Source of the DNA: Promethearchaeati archaeon SRVP18_Atabeyarchaeia-1
GTDB lineage: Archaea > Asgardarchaeota > Atabeyarchaeia > Atabeyarchaeales > Atabeyarchaeaceae
Assembly (NCBI GenBank): GCA_037308085.1
Contig: CP147779.1
Coordinates: 2,656,001-2,720,000 of the forward strand
DNA length: 64,000 nt
Reading direction: 5' to 3'
Positions 10,080-20,305 of this stretch are shown here, piece after piece. Below the pieces are notes generated by a model that was given only the letters and a program-made list of their open reading frames with translations, ran no database searches and was not told where the DNA came from. Both the position numbers and the translations under genes were made by a program. The stretch's first letter is position 1, and each line of letters begins with the position of its first letter.

Positions 10080-11802
10080 GTACATGTTGACGAGGATTAG
10101 GCGTACCACACGAGTCTGGGAAGCAGGCAAGCGACTTACTTGAGGGCTGAGAAGGTTGCAGTTCACGTTCCAGGCTGAGCTGACGGCGCTATCGAGTGGC
10201 GATAGAAGCGGGCTCGATGACCTCATGGCGAGGTACTGCTCCGCGAAGAGGATAGCCTTTAACAGGTTACTGGAGGGGCGAAGCGTCAACGAGGTGACGC
10301 ACCTGCTTCTTGGGTACGGCTCCCTCCACCTGAACTGGAGGTAAGCCGAGCACTCAACCAGGGACGCCCAGGCAGCGATCGAGAGCCAGAGGAACCTGCT
10401 CCCACTGTACCTGGGCGACGTGCAGGACAGAATATGGCGCGTCGAGAAGCTGATGGAGAAGGCGAAGTCGCCGCGGAAGAGGGAAGCACTCGGCAAGCAT
10501 CTAGCGAAGCTCAATAAGAGGGGAAAGTTCTACCGGAAACATATCCACGATGGAACGGTGCCGAAGACGATCTTCGGCGGCAGGAGGAGCTTCACCGCCC
10601 TGGCGAGGGGGAGGATCAGCAGCGATGAGTGGAGGGAGGCGAGGAACAACCAAGTGTACTCGATAGGCCAGGCGAACCAGAAGGGCAACGCCAACATAAG
10701 AATCGTGAAAGAGGGAAGGGCGGTAGCGGTGCGCTTCCCTGAGAACATGCATGCAGTAAGAACCGGGAAGAGTGGAAGGGTGTACAGGGTGGTGAACGAC
10801 GTCAAGGAGTTCCAGCTCAGCGTCCCCAGCAACTTCCTGGAGTACCTCGCGCCTCTCCAAGGCGGCGGGGCATATTCGGTTCGCCTCACAAGGCGTGGGG
10901 AAAGGTACTTCGCAGGCGTGAGCTTTGAGGTTGAGCGGCCGCCGGAGCCCAGGGAGGCGCCGCTGAGGGTGTGCTCGGTGGACCAGAACCCTGGGGGATT
11001 CGCCGCCGCAATCACTTCCAGAGATGGCAACCTAGTAGCCCACAGGTTCCTTGGGGAAGACAGGCTGATATACGCCTCCCAAGGGAAGAGGGACTCGCTC
11101 GTCGGAGCGCTCGTGAGCAGGATCATGGAGTTCGCCGAGTCCTGGGACACGCAAGCATTCGCGACAGAGGACCTAGACCTTAGGGCTCACAAGATTTACG
11201 GGAGGAGGGCGAACAGGGTCGTGTACGCCTTCGTGAGGAGGAAATTCAAGGAGCACCTTCTGAGCAGGTGCTGGAAGAAGCAATACCCGGTCTCCACAGT
11301 CAACCCGGCATACACGTCGAAGCTCGGCGCCGCGAAGTACTCGGGGAGGCTTGGGCTGTCGGTCCACGAGGCAGCCGCATACGTGATTGGGAGAAGGTTC
11401 TACGGGTACGGTGAGAAGCTGGAGAAGCCACTATCCATTGCCTTAGGGAGGGGCAGGATGCCGAGGGTCAGGGTGCCCGTGCGCTACGTGTGGGCATCCC
11501 TCTACGGCTATGCTCGCCCGAGGGACCCCTACAGGGCGCCACCTGGAAGGAAAGGCAGTAGGGGGCTGAAGCCGGGCGGGCTCGGCCGAGCTGACTTTAC
11601 AGGTCACCCCGCTTGCAGAGAACGGGAACAGGGCACACCTCGGATGCGAGATGATGGGGTGCGAAAGGGCGGGGAGCCCGGTGGGAGTCCGGGGGCTACC
11701 GGCAATGGGGTTAAGCCGGCGCCTGGCAGGCCAGGTGGGAAGGTAGCTGCTACGTCACCGTGTCAAATGACACTAGATGATATGCAGAAAACCAACCCTC
11801 AA
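10080..11802 (+). mobile_element. non-autonomous tnpB-only IS200/IS605-like element (ends approximate)
   Basis: GC-rich insert between coaBC and lipS1, no tnpA. Subterminal hairpin GTGTCA-AA-TGACAC (11760-11773) and TCAA at 11799-11802 as a candidate right end. Confidence 0.5.
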
Positions 11803-11838
11803 CCTGATGGGCGCCCCTGGATCAGGGAGCAGTCATAG
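10156..11838 (+). pseudogene. tnpB: IS200/IS605-family TnpB-related RuvC protein interrupted by one in-frame TAA (10342-10344)
   Basis: ORFs 10156-10344 and 10420-11838 are in the same frame. Motifs: RYCSAKRIAFNRL, RuvC-I SVDQN, RuvC-II ATEDL, VNPAYTS, HEAAAYVIGRR. Visibly GC-richer than the flanks. Confidence 0.8.
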
Positions 11839-12831
11839 AACGCAGCAGGTCTGATGCCTTTCGAATCTGTATTCTTTTCCGAGTCTGCTCAAGGCTCCTG
11901 GTGTGGGAACTACTATTCTATTTACGCCTGCTAGGATCGATAAGTAATCGATCTCTGACCTGATTGCTCCGGATGGCCTCATGCAGCCCAGAGATATCGA
12001 TATCTTGGGCATTGCCAACCTGGCTATTCCGACTACTTTTGCAATCATGAGAGGTGAAGGGGGCTTTGCGTGCTCCATTTCTGTGCCCTTAGTTGGGTTC
12101 AAGGCTATTAGGGTTAGCCGGAGGGGTTCGTTATCCCTGATCATCTGCAGAGCCTTTCCTTCGCCCTTGAGTTCTCCGTAGTCCACGCCCACGCATATGT
12201 GTGGATCCAGATTCTTCAGTCCTATCACTTTCGCTTTTTCCAGCATTTCGGTATAGTCTTTGGTCGTCTTGTCAAGACCGTACACGTTGTGAATGGTCTC
12301 GTCGCTTCCAACCACGTCAACAGACACCGCGTCGATATCGAGTTCGACAAGCTTCTTTGCCACGTCCTCAGTCATGAAGCCTATGTGTATGTTGATCTTT
12401 AGCTTGGTCTTCCTCTTGATCTCCTGCAATGCTGGGAAGAAATTCCTAAACGGCAGGGAGGCGCCAGTTGTGAATCCACCGCTGATTAAGCAACCCAGCG
12501 CGCCCTCTTTCGCCAATTTGACTGAGATTTCAACCAACTTGGCTGGTGTTTCAGCAGGGATCATTGTTTCAAGATAGCGGTGGTTACAGTGCTTGCACCT
12601 CATGGCGCATTCTTTGCCCGTTATTGAGATAGATGGGAACAATCTCCCGGGGTAGAAGCATTGAACATCCCTGCCCCAGTGTTTCTCCGTGACCTGGTTG
12701 GAGACCTTGATGAGATCTCTTATACTCTTCTCATCACTTACGACTAGTAGCTGGTCGATCTCCTCATTCGTCAGGCTTCTATTTGACATTTCATCTAGTG
12801 TAGGAATCATTAACATTCGCCTTGATAACAA
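11833..12831 (-). CDS. lipS1: archaeal-type lipoate synthase subunit LipS1 (radical SAM)
   Basis: CAMRCKHC, GCMR and C-terminal CC motifs; adjacent to a LipS2-type gene. Confidence 0.85.
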   Translation of the reverse strand: MLSRRMLMIPTLDEMSNRSLTNEEIDQLLVVSDEKSIRDLIKVSNQVTEKHWGRDVQCFYPGRLFPSISITGKECAMRCKHCNHRYLETMIPAETPAKLVEISVKLAKEGALGCLISGGFTTGASLPFRNFFPALQEIKRKTKLKINIHIGFMTEDVAKKLVELDIDAVSVDVVGSDETIHNVYGLDKTTKDYTEMLEKAKVIGLKNLDPHICVGVDYGELKGEGKALQMIRDNEPLRLTLIALNPTKGTEMEHAKPPSPLMIAKVVGIARLAMPKISISLGCMRPSGAIRSEIDYLSILAGVNRIVVPTPGALSRLGKEYRFERHQTCCVL

Positions 12832-12833
12832 TT

Positions 12834-13832
12834 CTAAATCGCAATTTCACGCAGTGCTTTTTCCGTCTCCTCATGATTCAGATCTCGTGGGTAATTGTAC
12901 AAGGGACCTCTGGGGCTTTCATTGTAGAATGGCCTGTTGCAGCCGGGGCACCCTGAAGTTCTAAATGGATAGCCCAGCAATATAGTCTTATGCAATACGT
13001 CTGGGCTCGTTCCAAAATCCATAATCCTACCGTCATCTTCAAACGTCATAAGCTGAACCGAGGACGTCCCCTGCATGATTAGGTACCTTGCAACTTGTAC
13101 TCTTCTGTATTGACCTATTTCCGGTCGTTTCGATTTCTCCAACCTTGTGCCCTTAACCGGGGTGAACGCAAAAAGGCCGGGGTTTACTCCCATTTCGGAG
13201 AGGTTCTGGACGACCTCAACAATGTCTCGCTCCGTTTCACCGAGTCCTACTATTAGATGCGTTGATACTTTGTTGCGTCCAAAAACAGCCAGTGCGGCTT
13301 TCAGCGCTTCAAAGTGGGAGTCCCAATGGTAAGGCCCCTTCGCGAGACTTCCTTTCATTCTTTCGAATAATTCCGGGGTCGCGGCGTCTATCGGGATGCC
13401 AATTCTCTCGACACCGATTTCCTTCAAGTGTTCCATTTCTTTCCTTCCAATTGGTGGACATGAAACTGAGATCGGCACCCATGCCTTAGATAATATAGAG
13501 TGGGCGATTTGTGTGACATCATCAACGAACTTAGGGTAGTTAAGTGCCTGAATGCATATCCGTTGAAATTTTCCTCCCAGAAGACATGGCACAGCCTTCT
13601 CTAGGAATGTTCCGAAGGAAAAGTCTGGCCAGACAACTCTTGATAGCATGTTCCTGGTCGACGAGCTTCCACTTGCCTGAGGGCAGAAACCGCAATTAGC
13701 TCTGCAACTGCCTTGCGTATAGGTCATGAGGTAAGCAGTAGTCGGCTCTGCATTCGACTGGAGTCTCAGAAGACCCAGAACCCCCGCCGTGCCCAGCGAC
13801 ACTCTTACGCTCTCAACAGATGACAAGGTCAC
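12834..13832 (-). CDS. lipS2: archaeal-type lipoate synthase subunit LipS2 (radical SAM)
   Basis: CRANCGFC and TSGCPGCNRP motifs. Confidence 0.85.
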   Translation of the reverse strand: MTLSSVESVRVSLGTAGVLGLLRLQSNAEPTTAYLMTYTQGSCRANCGFCPQASGSSSTRNMLSRVVWPDFSFGTFLEKAVPCLLGGKFQRICIQALNYPKFVDDVTQIAHSILSKAWVPISVSCPPIGRKEMEHLKEIGVERIGIPIDAATPELFERMKGSLAKGPYHWDSHFEALKAALAVFGRNKVSTHLIVGLGETERDIVEVVQNLSEMGVNPGLFAFTPVKGTRLEKSKRPEIGQYRRVQVARYLIMQGTSSVQLMTFEDDGRIMDFGTSPDVLHKTILLGYPFRTSGCPGCNRPFYNESPRGPLYNYPRDLNHEETEKALREIAI

Positions 13833-13894
13833 TCCGCCACACTTGACTGATCTCGATTTTTGAATTCATGACACGAATACGATAAGAAACTCAT

Positions 13895-15250
13895 CTAATA
13901 AGCTTCTGTGTCTGTTTTATTCTCGTTGGTCTGTGGGAGAGGAGGCTTGTCGAAATCTCCGTCCTTATCGTCGTCCCGAGGTTGCGAAATATCGGGATAG
14001 GTCTTTCTGTCAGGGTTTTCGATATTGCTTGCCGTGGCGCGAATAGCAGAGCTGGGAGGACCTCCGGGCACTGGGAAAGCTTGCGCCGGTATTTCCTTGA
14101 CAGACTTGCTCAAGTTGGCTTTCAGCGCTTTCTTTGCTGGCAAGCTCTTCAGTTTGGTCAGTACCTTGTCTATGAGCTTGTCCACACCCATATTCTCCTT
14201 CGCTGAGATAGATGTCCATTCATACTGCTCGAGCAGTGGCTTCAGCGCTGTGATTGCCTTCTCTGGGGATTCGCCATCAAACAGGTCGAGTTTGTTAAGA
14301 ACTATTAGTATCCTGCCATTCTCCACGCCGATGTCTTGAAGGAGACGCAGTCCGAACTTCAGCTTGTGAAACAGGAAGTCTGGTTCATCATCCACTCCAA
14401 TCATGAAGAGTAGAAGATCCGCCTCCTTCATGTCCATCAGGGTTAGCTCAAAAGCCTTTATGAGCGCCGGGTCAAGTCCAATAACGAAGCCGATGGTATC
14501 TATAAAGAGCGGAGTATCATGATGATTTAGCTGAAGTCTCTGATACTTGCTTGAAAGAGTCTTGAAAGGTCGATCCCCTACGAGCTTGTTCTCCCCAGTC
14601 AGCAGGTTGAAGAGAGTCGTCTTCCCTGCGTTGTAGTATCCGGCAATGCAGACCAGCGGGATACCGAGTTTGCGGCGCTCCTCTATCTGACGGATTTTGT
14701 CGTTTGCGAGAACCGAGATCTCGCGTCTCACCTTGCCTATCCTCTTCTGAATACCCTTGACCTTACTGTGAAAAGCAAACTCGCCAGTCCCAGCCCAAGA
14801 AGGAGGTCTGTCTTTTCCCGAATACTTCACTTCTGCCTGAAGTTGGTAGAAGGGAAAGAGTTTGCGCTCCCTGGCAAGCTCAATCTGAAGCTTGGAGATT
14901 CTATCCGAGGCCATCTCCTCAAATATCCGGAGCGCGAGTTCGTATCGGTCTATTACCTCGCAGTTAAGTGCCAGTGAAAGATTCAGCTTCTGCTTCGATG
15001 TCAAGACGTTGTAAAGAACCACTAGCTCGACATCATCATCTCTGACGAGCTGATTCAGTTCATCGACCTTGCCTGAGCCTATCAAGTAGCCTCCCTTTGC
15101 TCTGATATTAGTCTGCGTGAACTTCTCCACGATCTCGTACCCTAATGCTTTCGTAAGGGCTTCAAGCTCGTTTAGCTGAAGCTTGAATAGAATATGGTCA
15201 TGCGGGTTGATTCTGAGCATGCCGACGATAGCGCGTTTACTCAAATCCAA
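13895..15250 (-). CDS. hflX: GTPase HflX with low-complexity C-terminal extension
   Basis: IGSGKV, LQIELA, GYYNAGKT, DTIGF and NKLD motifs. Confidence 0.88.
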   Translation of the reverse strand: MDLSKRAIVGMLRINPHDHILFKLQLNELEALTKALGYEIVEKFTQTNIRAKGGYLIGSGKVDELNQLVRDDDVELVVLYNVLTSKQKLNLSLALNCEVIDRYELALRIFEEMASDRISKLQIELARERKLFPFYQLQAEVKYSGKDRPPSWAGTGEFAFHSKVKGIQKRIGKVRREISVLANDKIRQIEERRKLGIPLVCIAGYYNAGKTTLFNLLTGENKLVGDRPFKTLSSKYQRLQLNHHDTPLFIDTIGFVIGLDPALIKAFELTLMDMKEADLLLFMIGVDDEPDFLFHKLKFGLRLLQDIGVENGRILIVLNKLDLFDGESPEKAITALKPLLEQYEWTSISAKENMGVDKLIDKVLTKLKSLPAKKALKANLSKSVKEIPAQAFPVPGGPPSSAIRATASNIENPDRKTYPDISQPRDDDKDGDFDKPPLPQTNENKTDTEAY

Positions 15251-15512
15251 CCATCCATCCTCTCGGCCAAGCAGGCAGCATCAAGCAGACAATCTTGACA
15301 AGCCCAGAAGTAGAATTCACCACTTGCAACATGGAGGCCTAATGAAAAGCCCCGCTACACAGCGTCTTCACAACTTCAGTTAGCTGTGTACGCTTAAATA
15401 GATTAGCATAACAATTCTACACCACCTATGTTCACTGAAATAGATGCCACTCATATGGACCTCCGAACTGAGTGTGACTTACTTCGTCGGCGACCAAGGT
15501 GATCGATGAATC

Positions 15513-16358
15513 TTGCCCGTAATCGTCACGTCAGACCTGGACGTTGCCAGTGTCAATATTCGCAAGCAGCTAATCAGACTGTTCGGCTTCAGAGAAAAGG
15601 AAGAAGAACCAAGCTTCGACGGTAACCCAGTCTACCGATCTGGCGAAATCCTCCTCATATCTTCGAAGCGTGAACTCGTGGATACAGAACATGTGGAGCA
15701 GTGCCTCAAAACCGATCTTATGATATTCGCGAGTAGGCATCGATCCACAGCCGGAAAACCAGCGCTTCTTGTGCACTGCACAGGCAACTGGACAAAGGAG
15801 GCTGAACTTGGAGGAATGCCATATGAACTGGCCGTCGCCCCGGCATCTGCGATGAGTGAAGCGCTCTTGGAGCTCGCACGGCAAAAGGACAAGTTTGAAC
15901 TTCTGGGCTATGAAGTCACGCTGGAATGCACGCATCATGGGCCAACATCCATGTCAACCCCGCTTCTATTCGTTGAGCTAGGCAGCAACGAGGAGCATTG
16001 GCGGGATGAAGTCGCCGGTGAAGCAGTAGCAAGAACCGTGTTCAGAGTAGCACAAGGCGTCAGAGAAAGGAGAAGAGCAGCCCTCGGAGTGGGCGGACCA
16101 CATTATGCCCCTAACTTCACAAGAGTAGTCCAGTCTTCATCTGAGATAGCTATCGGTCATATCATTCCAAACTACGTCCTCGAAGCCTTCAGAAGTGAGA
16201 TGGTGCGCAAAGCGATCGAGAGAACATTCGAGAAAGTGGGGCTCGTACTACTGGATTGGAAGGGTCTCAGAAGTGATCAGAGAGAACTAATCAAACCTAT
16301 TATAAATGAGCTAAACCTAGAAACTCTTAAGACTCATGAAATCACAAAAAGCAGCTAA
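15513..16358 (+). CDS. dtdA: D-aminoacyl-tRNA deacylase (archaeal DTD2)
   Basis: FASRHRS, VHCTGNW, ECTHHGP, FVELGS and GGPHYAP motifs. Confidence 0.93.
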   Translation: MPVIVTSDLDVASVNIRKQLIRLFGFREKEEEPSFDGNPVYRSGEILLISSKRELVDTEHVEQCLKTDLMIFASRHRSTAGKPALLVHCTGNWTKEAELGGMPYELAVAPASAMSEALLELARQKDKFELLGYEVTLECTHHGPTSMSTPLLFVELGSNEEHWRDEVAGEAVARTVFRVAQGVRERRRAALGVGGPHYAPNFTRVVQSSSEIAIGHIIPNYVLEAFRSEMVRKAIERTFEKVGLVLLDWKGLRSDQRELIKPIINELNLETLKTHEITKSS

Positions 16359-16398
16359 GGAGCGAGAAGCCTTAACGCCGCCCTGAGTCTGGCAACTC

Positions 16399-17283
16399 AT
16401 GCGCTCTGGGCATCATCAAGTCCCGTACCAGCTTGCAGATCGAGGGAACAACTTGGTCAAAGTCAAGGTAGCTATAGCCACTTTCAAAAACCCTGAACAG
16501 GCCGTTATTAGAGCCGTGAAGCTGATCGGAGGTATCGCTGATCTGGATCAGCGGGGAAAGCAAGTCATCATTAAGCTAGGGATCTTTGATCCTAGCCGCT
16601 TACCTTACACCGATGTCAGGGTTGCGAGAGCCGCGGCATCATTGTTTCATTCAACGAGGGATGTCTCATTCGCTGAAAGTGACAACCCTTTGAGAACAGG
16701 TATGCAGGCTTTGAGGCAGCTTGGTTATGAGCAAGCAATCAGATTTGGCCTAGTGGATCTTAGTGGCAACTTGACCAAAACCAAGAGACCTCGCTTAAGA
16801 CTGTTAAAAGAGCAGATGTTCTCAAAGATTCTGCTTGAGGCGAACGTGCTAGTAAATCTACCTGTGATGAAGGGCGAGCCTAAGACTGGGCAAATGAGTA
16901 TCGGCGTGAAGAACCTTTTTGGTCTAATACCCGAAAGAACGAAGCCCCGTTTTCACGGCTGCCTTGATGAAGTGCTAGTTGAGTTACTGAAGATCTTCAA
17001 ACCTGCTTTGACAATAGTGGACGCGACGACACCGTGCGTAGGTTCATACCCAGACTACAAGCAAGTCAATTTAGGACTAGTAGTTGCTGGAAGAGACGTA
17101 GTTGCCGTTGACACTGTATGTGCAAAGATCATGGGCATCAACCCACAGAGTATAAGGCATCTATCCCTAGCGTCCGAGGCTGGAATTGGAACTGTGGACC
17201 TAGATGAGATTGAGGTCGTCGGGATGCACCTAGGTGAAGCTGAAGAGGCTTTCCGCTCGGCTTTGAATGCCCGGTCAAAGTAG
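16399..17283 (+). CDS. DUF362 family protein (true start probably slightly downstream)
   Basis: VNLPVMK, GVKNLFG, LTIVDA and DVVAVDTVC motifs. Confidence 0.8.
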   Translation: MRSGHHQVPYQLADRGNNLVKVKVAIATFKNPEQAVIRAVKLIGGIADLDQRGKQVIIKLGIFDPSRLPYTDVRVARAAASLFHSTRDVSFAESDNPLRTGMQALRQLGYEQAIRFGLVDLSGNLTKTKRPRLRLLKEQMFSKILLEANVLVNLPVMKGEPKTGQMSIGVKNLFGLIPERTKPRFHGCLDEVLVELLKIFKPALTIVDATTPCVGSYPDYKQVNLGLVVAGRDVVAVDTVCAKIMGINPQSIRHLSLASEAGIGTVDLDEIEVVGMHLGEAEEAFRSALNARSK

Positions 17284-17296
17284 ACTAGAGACTCTT

Positions 17297-17452
17297 CTAC
17301 TCTTCCGTGGCCTTTTCGAAATACACAAGATTGCACTTCGGGCAGTTGTAGCTGACCAGTCTTAATCCCCTCGTCCGTCCAACCTGGAATACAGTGGATC
17401 CGACTTCAACGCCCGTTGATTTGCACCTTGGGCAGGTAGCTTTGTAATCCAT
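17297..17452 (-). CDS. 51-aa zinc-ribbon microprotein
   Basis: Not in ORF track. MDYKATCPRCKSTGVEVGSTVFQVGRTRGLRLVSYNCPKCNLVYFEKATEE, two CPxC motifs, GGAGGTGA RBS at about 17462-17469. Confidence 0.75.
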   Translation of the reverse strand: MDYKATCPRCKSTGVEVGSTVFQVGRTRGLRLVSYNCPKCNLVYFEKATEE

Positions 17453-17704
17453 TTTTCCATTTCACCTCCACAGATAAGATGAGCGCAACTTTCGGAGAGG
17501 CACTCGATGGGCACTAGTATCTACTTAACGAACTATTTATCGATGATGCCAGACATAGCCATAAAACTCTACAAACTCTGTTATGTTGGATTTACTCCAC
17601 CACGAAAAAGGAAAGTACTAATCGGGCTAGCCTTGAAAGCCAAATCCTCTCACGTAAACAGAATACAGTAGGGAAAAGGGATCTTGAGTTCCGTCTACGC
17701 GCGT

Positions 17705-18820
17705 CTAGGTGTTCCTTGCTTTTGCCGAAAGTTTCGATATGACTGCCCCTATGCCATCGAGTGTCAACTTGACCTCTTTCTGAGTGCACACTCCCATTGT
17801 TCCGACTCTGAAGATCTTGCCCTTTGTCTCTCCCATCCCACCAGCGATTACTATGCCGGTATCCTCGAGTAGCGCCTTTATCATGTCCGCGATGGGTACC
17901 CCTTGTGGTCCCCAAGACGCAGTAACAGTATTTGAGGCATACTTCTCATCCTTTGGGAACATCTTAAGGCCCAGCGACTTCAATCCATCCCTCATTGCCT
18001 TCGAGCAGTCGATGTGTCGCTTTATCCGTTTCTCGATTCCTTCCTCTCTGAGCATTTTCAGTGCCTCTTGGAGGGCGAAAATGAGGGAAACCGCGGGTGT
18101 GAAGGGAGTCGAATTCTTCTTGTGGAATTCTCTAATCTTCACTAGATCGAAGTACAGAGTGTGCTTCTCTCCTTTCCGTTGCTCCACCTTTTTCCAGGCA
18201 TCCTCGCCCAGTGATATGAATGATAGGCCTGGTGGGCAAGCAAGACACTTCTGTGAACCCGTTATGACGGCGTCAACGCCCCATCTGTCCATATAAAGGT
18301 AGTCACCGCCGAGGTTTGAGATTGCGTCGCAAATTACCATTGCGCCATGGTCCTTGGCTATTTCCGTCAATTCTCGCGCGGGATTCCTGACGCCGCAGGC
18401 GGTCTCATTATAAACGAATGCAACCATTTTCGCGTCCTTGTGCTTGTCTAGTGTTTCCTCGACAGTATTGGGGCTGATTGCTACTCCGAGTTCGGATTTG
18501 AGGTTTACCACCTCTGCCCCCGCAGTTCTGATTGATTCCATAAGCCTCTCGCTGAACTCGCCATTCGTCGGTACGATAACCTTGTCCCCTTTCTCAATCA
18601 GATTAGTGGCGACACACTCAACTCCCCCCGTTCCTGAGGCAGTCAGAGGGTAAACGTCATTCTTCTCGGTCTGAAATAGATACTTGAGCCCGTCAGCTAT
18701 CTCAGCGTATAGTTTCTCGAAGGATGCGCCCCTGTGGTTGATCATTGGCTTTGACATGACCTTCAGTATTCTCTCTGGAACCTGAGTTGGTCCAGGCAAC
18801 ATAATCAGTTTCTCATCCAT
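17705..18820 (-). CDS. class V PLP aminotransferase (alanine-glyoxylate/serine-pyruvate family)
   Basis: MLPGPT, NHRG, SGTGG, NETACG, DAISNLGG and GSQKCLACPPG motifs. Confidence 0.93.
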   Translation of the reverse strand: MDEKLIMLPGPTQVPERILKVMSKPMINHRGASFEKLYAEIADGLKYLFQTEKNDVYPLTASGTGGVECVATNLIEKGDKVIVPTNGEFSERLMESIRTAGAEVVNLKSELGVAISPNTVEETLDKHKDAKMVAFVYNETACGVRNPARELTEIAKDHGAMVICDAISNLGGDYLYMDRWGVDAVITGSQKCLACPPGLSFISLGEDAWKKVEQRKGEKHTLYFDLVKIREFHKKNSTPFTPAVSLIFALQEALKMLREEGIEKRIKRHIDCSKAMRDGLKSLGLKMFPKDEKYASNTVTASWGPQGVPIADMIKALLEDTGIVIAGGMGETKGKIFRVGTMGVCTQKEVKLTLDGIGAVISKLSAKARNT

Positions 18821-18928
18821 AGTGATCTATCACAACTCCTTTCGAGCCTCATCACTTACTCCGTTTCGCTCAACACAGTGGATAAGCGAAAAAGCTGTTT
18901 ATAATGATATCCTTGTGTATTGCGGCTC

Positions 18929-20305
18929 TTACTTGCCCGCGACTTGGACGTTATCGAACCTGATGTAGGGCGTCACACACGAAAATGCAGTGGACCCCGA
19001 TTCTATCTGTGGCAAGTCTGAGACTCCAGATATGTTTTTTATGAGGTCGAATACCTTGCCAGCCACCATTCCGCCTTTTATCGGCTGCTTGATTTCTCCG
19101 TCTCTTATGAGATAGGCATTTCTGATCTCCGAGCTAAATCCTGATGAATATGCATCTGGGTTTAGCCAGCTGAACTGTTCTACGAGGAGTCCCTCTCTGG
19201 TTTCTTTCACGAGGTTGTCGATGTTCTTCGTGCCTGCCGTAATCGAGATGTTTGTCGGTTGCGGAATCAAGTTGAGCATGTGTTTGCTTAGAGGGTTCCT
19301 AAGGCCGCCGACTGGTTTAAGTCCGTTCCCTGTGGATTTCTCACCCAGCATCAGAGAGTACTTCTGGTCGTAGATGAAGTTCTCGAAAATGCCCTTTCGG
19401 ATTATGGTTGTTCTCTGTTGGGGGTTTCCCTCATCGTCGAACGGGGCCGTCATAAGCCCATAATCCAAGAGGCCATCATCGAGTATCGAGAGTTCTTCCG
19501 ACGCAACAGTGTCGCCCTTCTTGAAGATCGACTGGTTCTTGAATTTCTGGTCACCGGCGGCATGAGATCCGACGGTTGGAACTATCGCGTCGCAGAGTGA
19601 TTCTGGATTCAGTATGACCGTCATCTTCCCCGTGGGAGGCATTTTGGCTTCCAGTGTTTCCCTGGCAAGCTTGACCCAGTGTGGCAATACTTCGGCTACT
19701 TTCAGTCCATCGATCCTGCGTCGGAATTTCCTTGGCCAGAATTCCGCAAACCTTGTTCCGTCTGAGACCTTAAGTGCCAACTCTACGTAGAAGTAGGTTT
19801 CAATCTTCTTTTTCGCGAGACCTGTGCTATTCTCCAAGTTGGTTTCGAACAGGTACGTTCTTATCTTCCCGAAAGTGGGTTTTACGGGTTTGTCTCCCTT
19901 GTTCTCATCTTTCAGGTGTCTAAGTAGAGAATTCGTATATCTCTTGATGACCTCAGCAGGGGTGTTCTTGATGGCTGGGTCGACATTGGCGACTCTCGGG
20001 GTTGGTTTTGATTCCGGGAACTCGTATTTCATCTTCTGTTTGTTCAACCCTGAGAAGAATTTTGCATCGTGAATGCATTTCTCGAGCCCCGACTCGGCCG
20101 AGCACGAAGATATTCCTATGCCGATTAGCTCGCCTTCTCTTGAGAGTGCTCTCGTGGTGATGCCCAATGCGTTCACTGGTTCGCGGATTGCCTCGATATC
20201 GAATCCACGTAGTTGTATCTCATTAACGGTTGCCTTTAGTTTGTATACATCATACTCTTCGATTCCCGCCTTCTTGAACAACCTTCCATAGTCTTCCATT
20301 GACAT
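18929..20305 (-). CDS. pmbA: TldE/PmbA family protein
   Basis: PFDDEG and STGNG motifs, no HExxxH; follows tldD. Confidence 0.85.
   Translation of the reverse strand: MSMEDYGRLFKKAGIEEYDVYKLKATVNEIQLRGFDIEAIREPVNALGITTRALSREGELIGIGISSCSAESGLEKCIHDAKFFSGLNKQKMKYEFPESKPTPRVANVDPAIKNTPAEVIKRYTNSLLRHLKDENKGDKPVKPTFGKIRTYLFETNLENSTGLAKKKIETYFYVELALKVSDGTRFAEFWPRKFRRRIDGLKVAEVLPHWVKLARETLEAKMPPTGKMTVILNPESLCDAIVPTVGSHAAGDQKFKNQSIFKKGDTVASEELSILDDGLLDYGLMTAPFDDEGNPQQRTTIIRKGIFENFIYDQKYSLMLGEKSTGNGLKPVGGLRNPLSKHMLNLIPQPTNISITAGTKNIDNLVKETREGLLVEQFSWLNPDAYSSGFSSEIRNAYLIRDGEIKQPIKGGMVAGKVFDLIKNISGVSDLPQIESGSTAFSCVTPYIRFDNVQVAGK

Noticed and set aside
10342-10344. tnpB stop as an intron or recoding site
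   Set aside because: The frame is unchanged across it, it is TAA rather than TGA/TAG, and no BHB fold was seen; a simple nonsense mutation is more likely.
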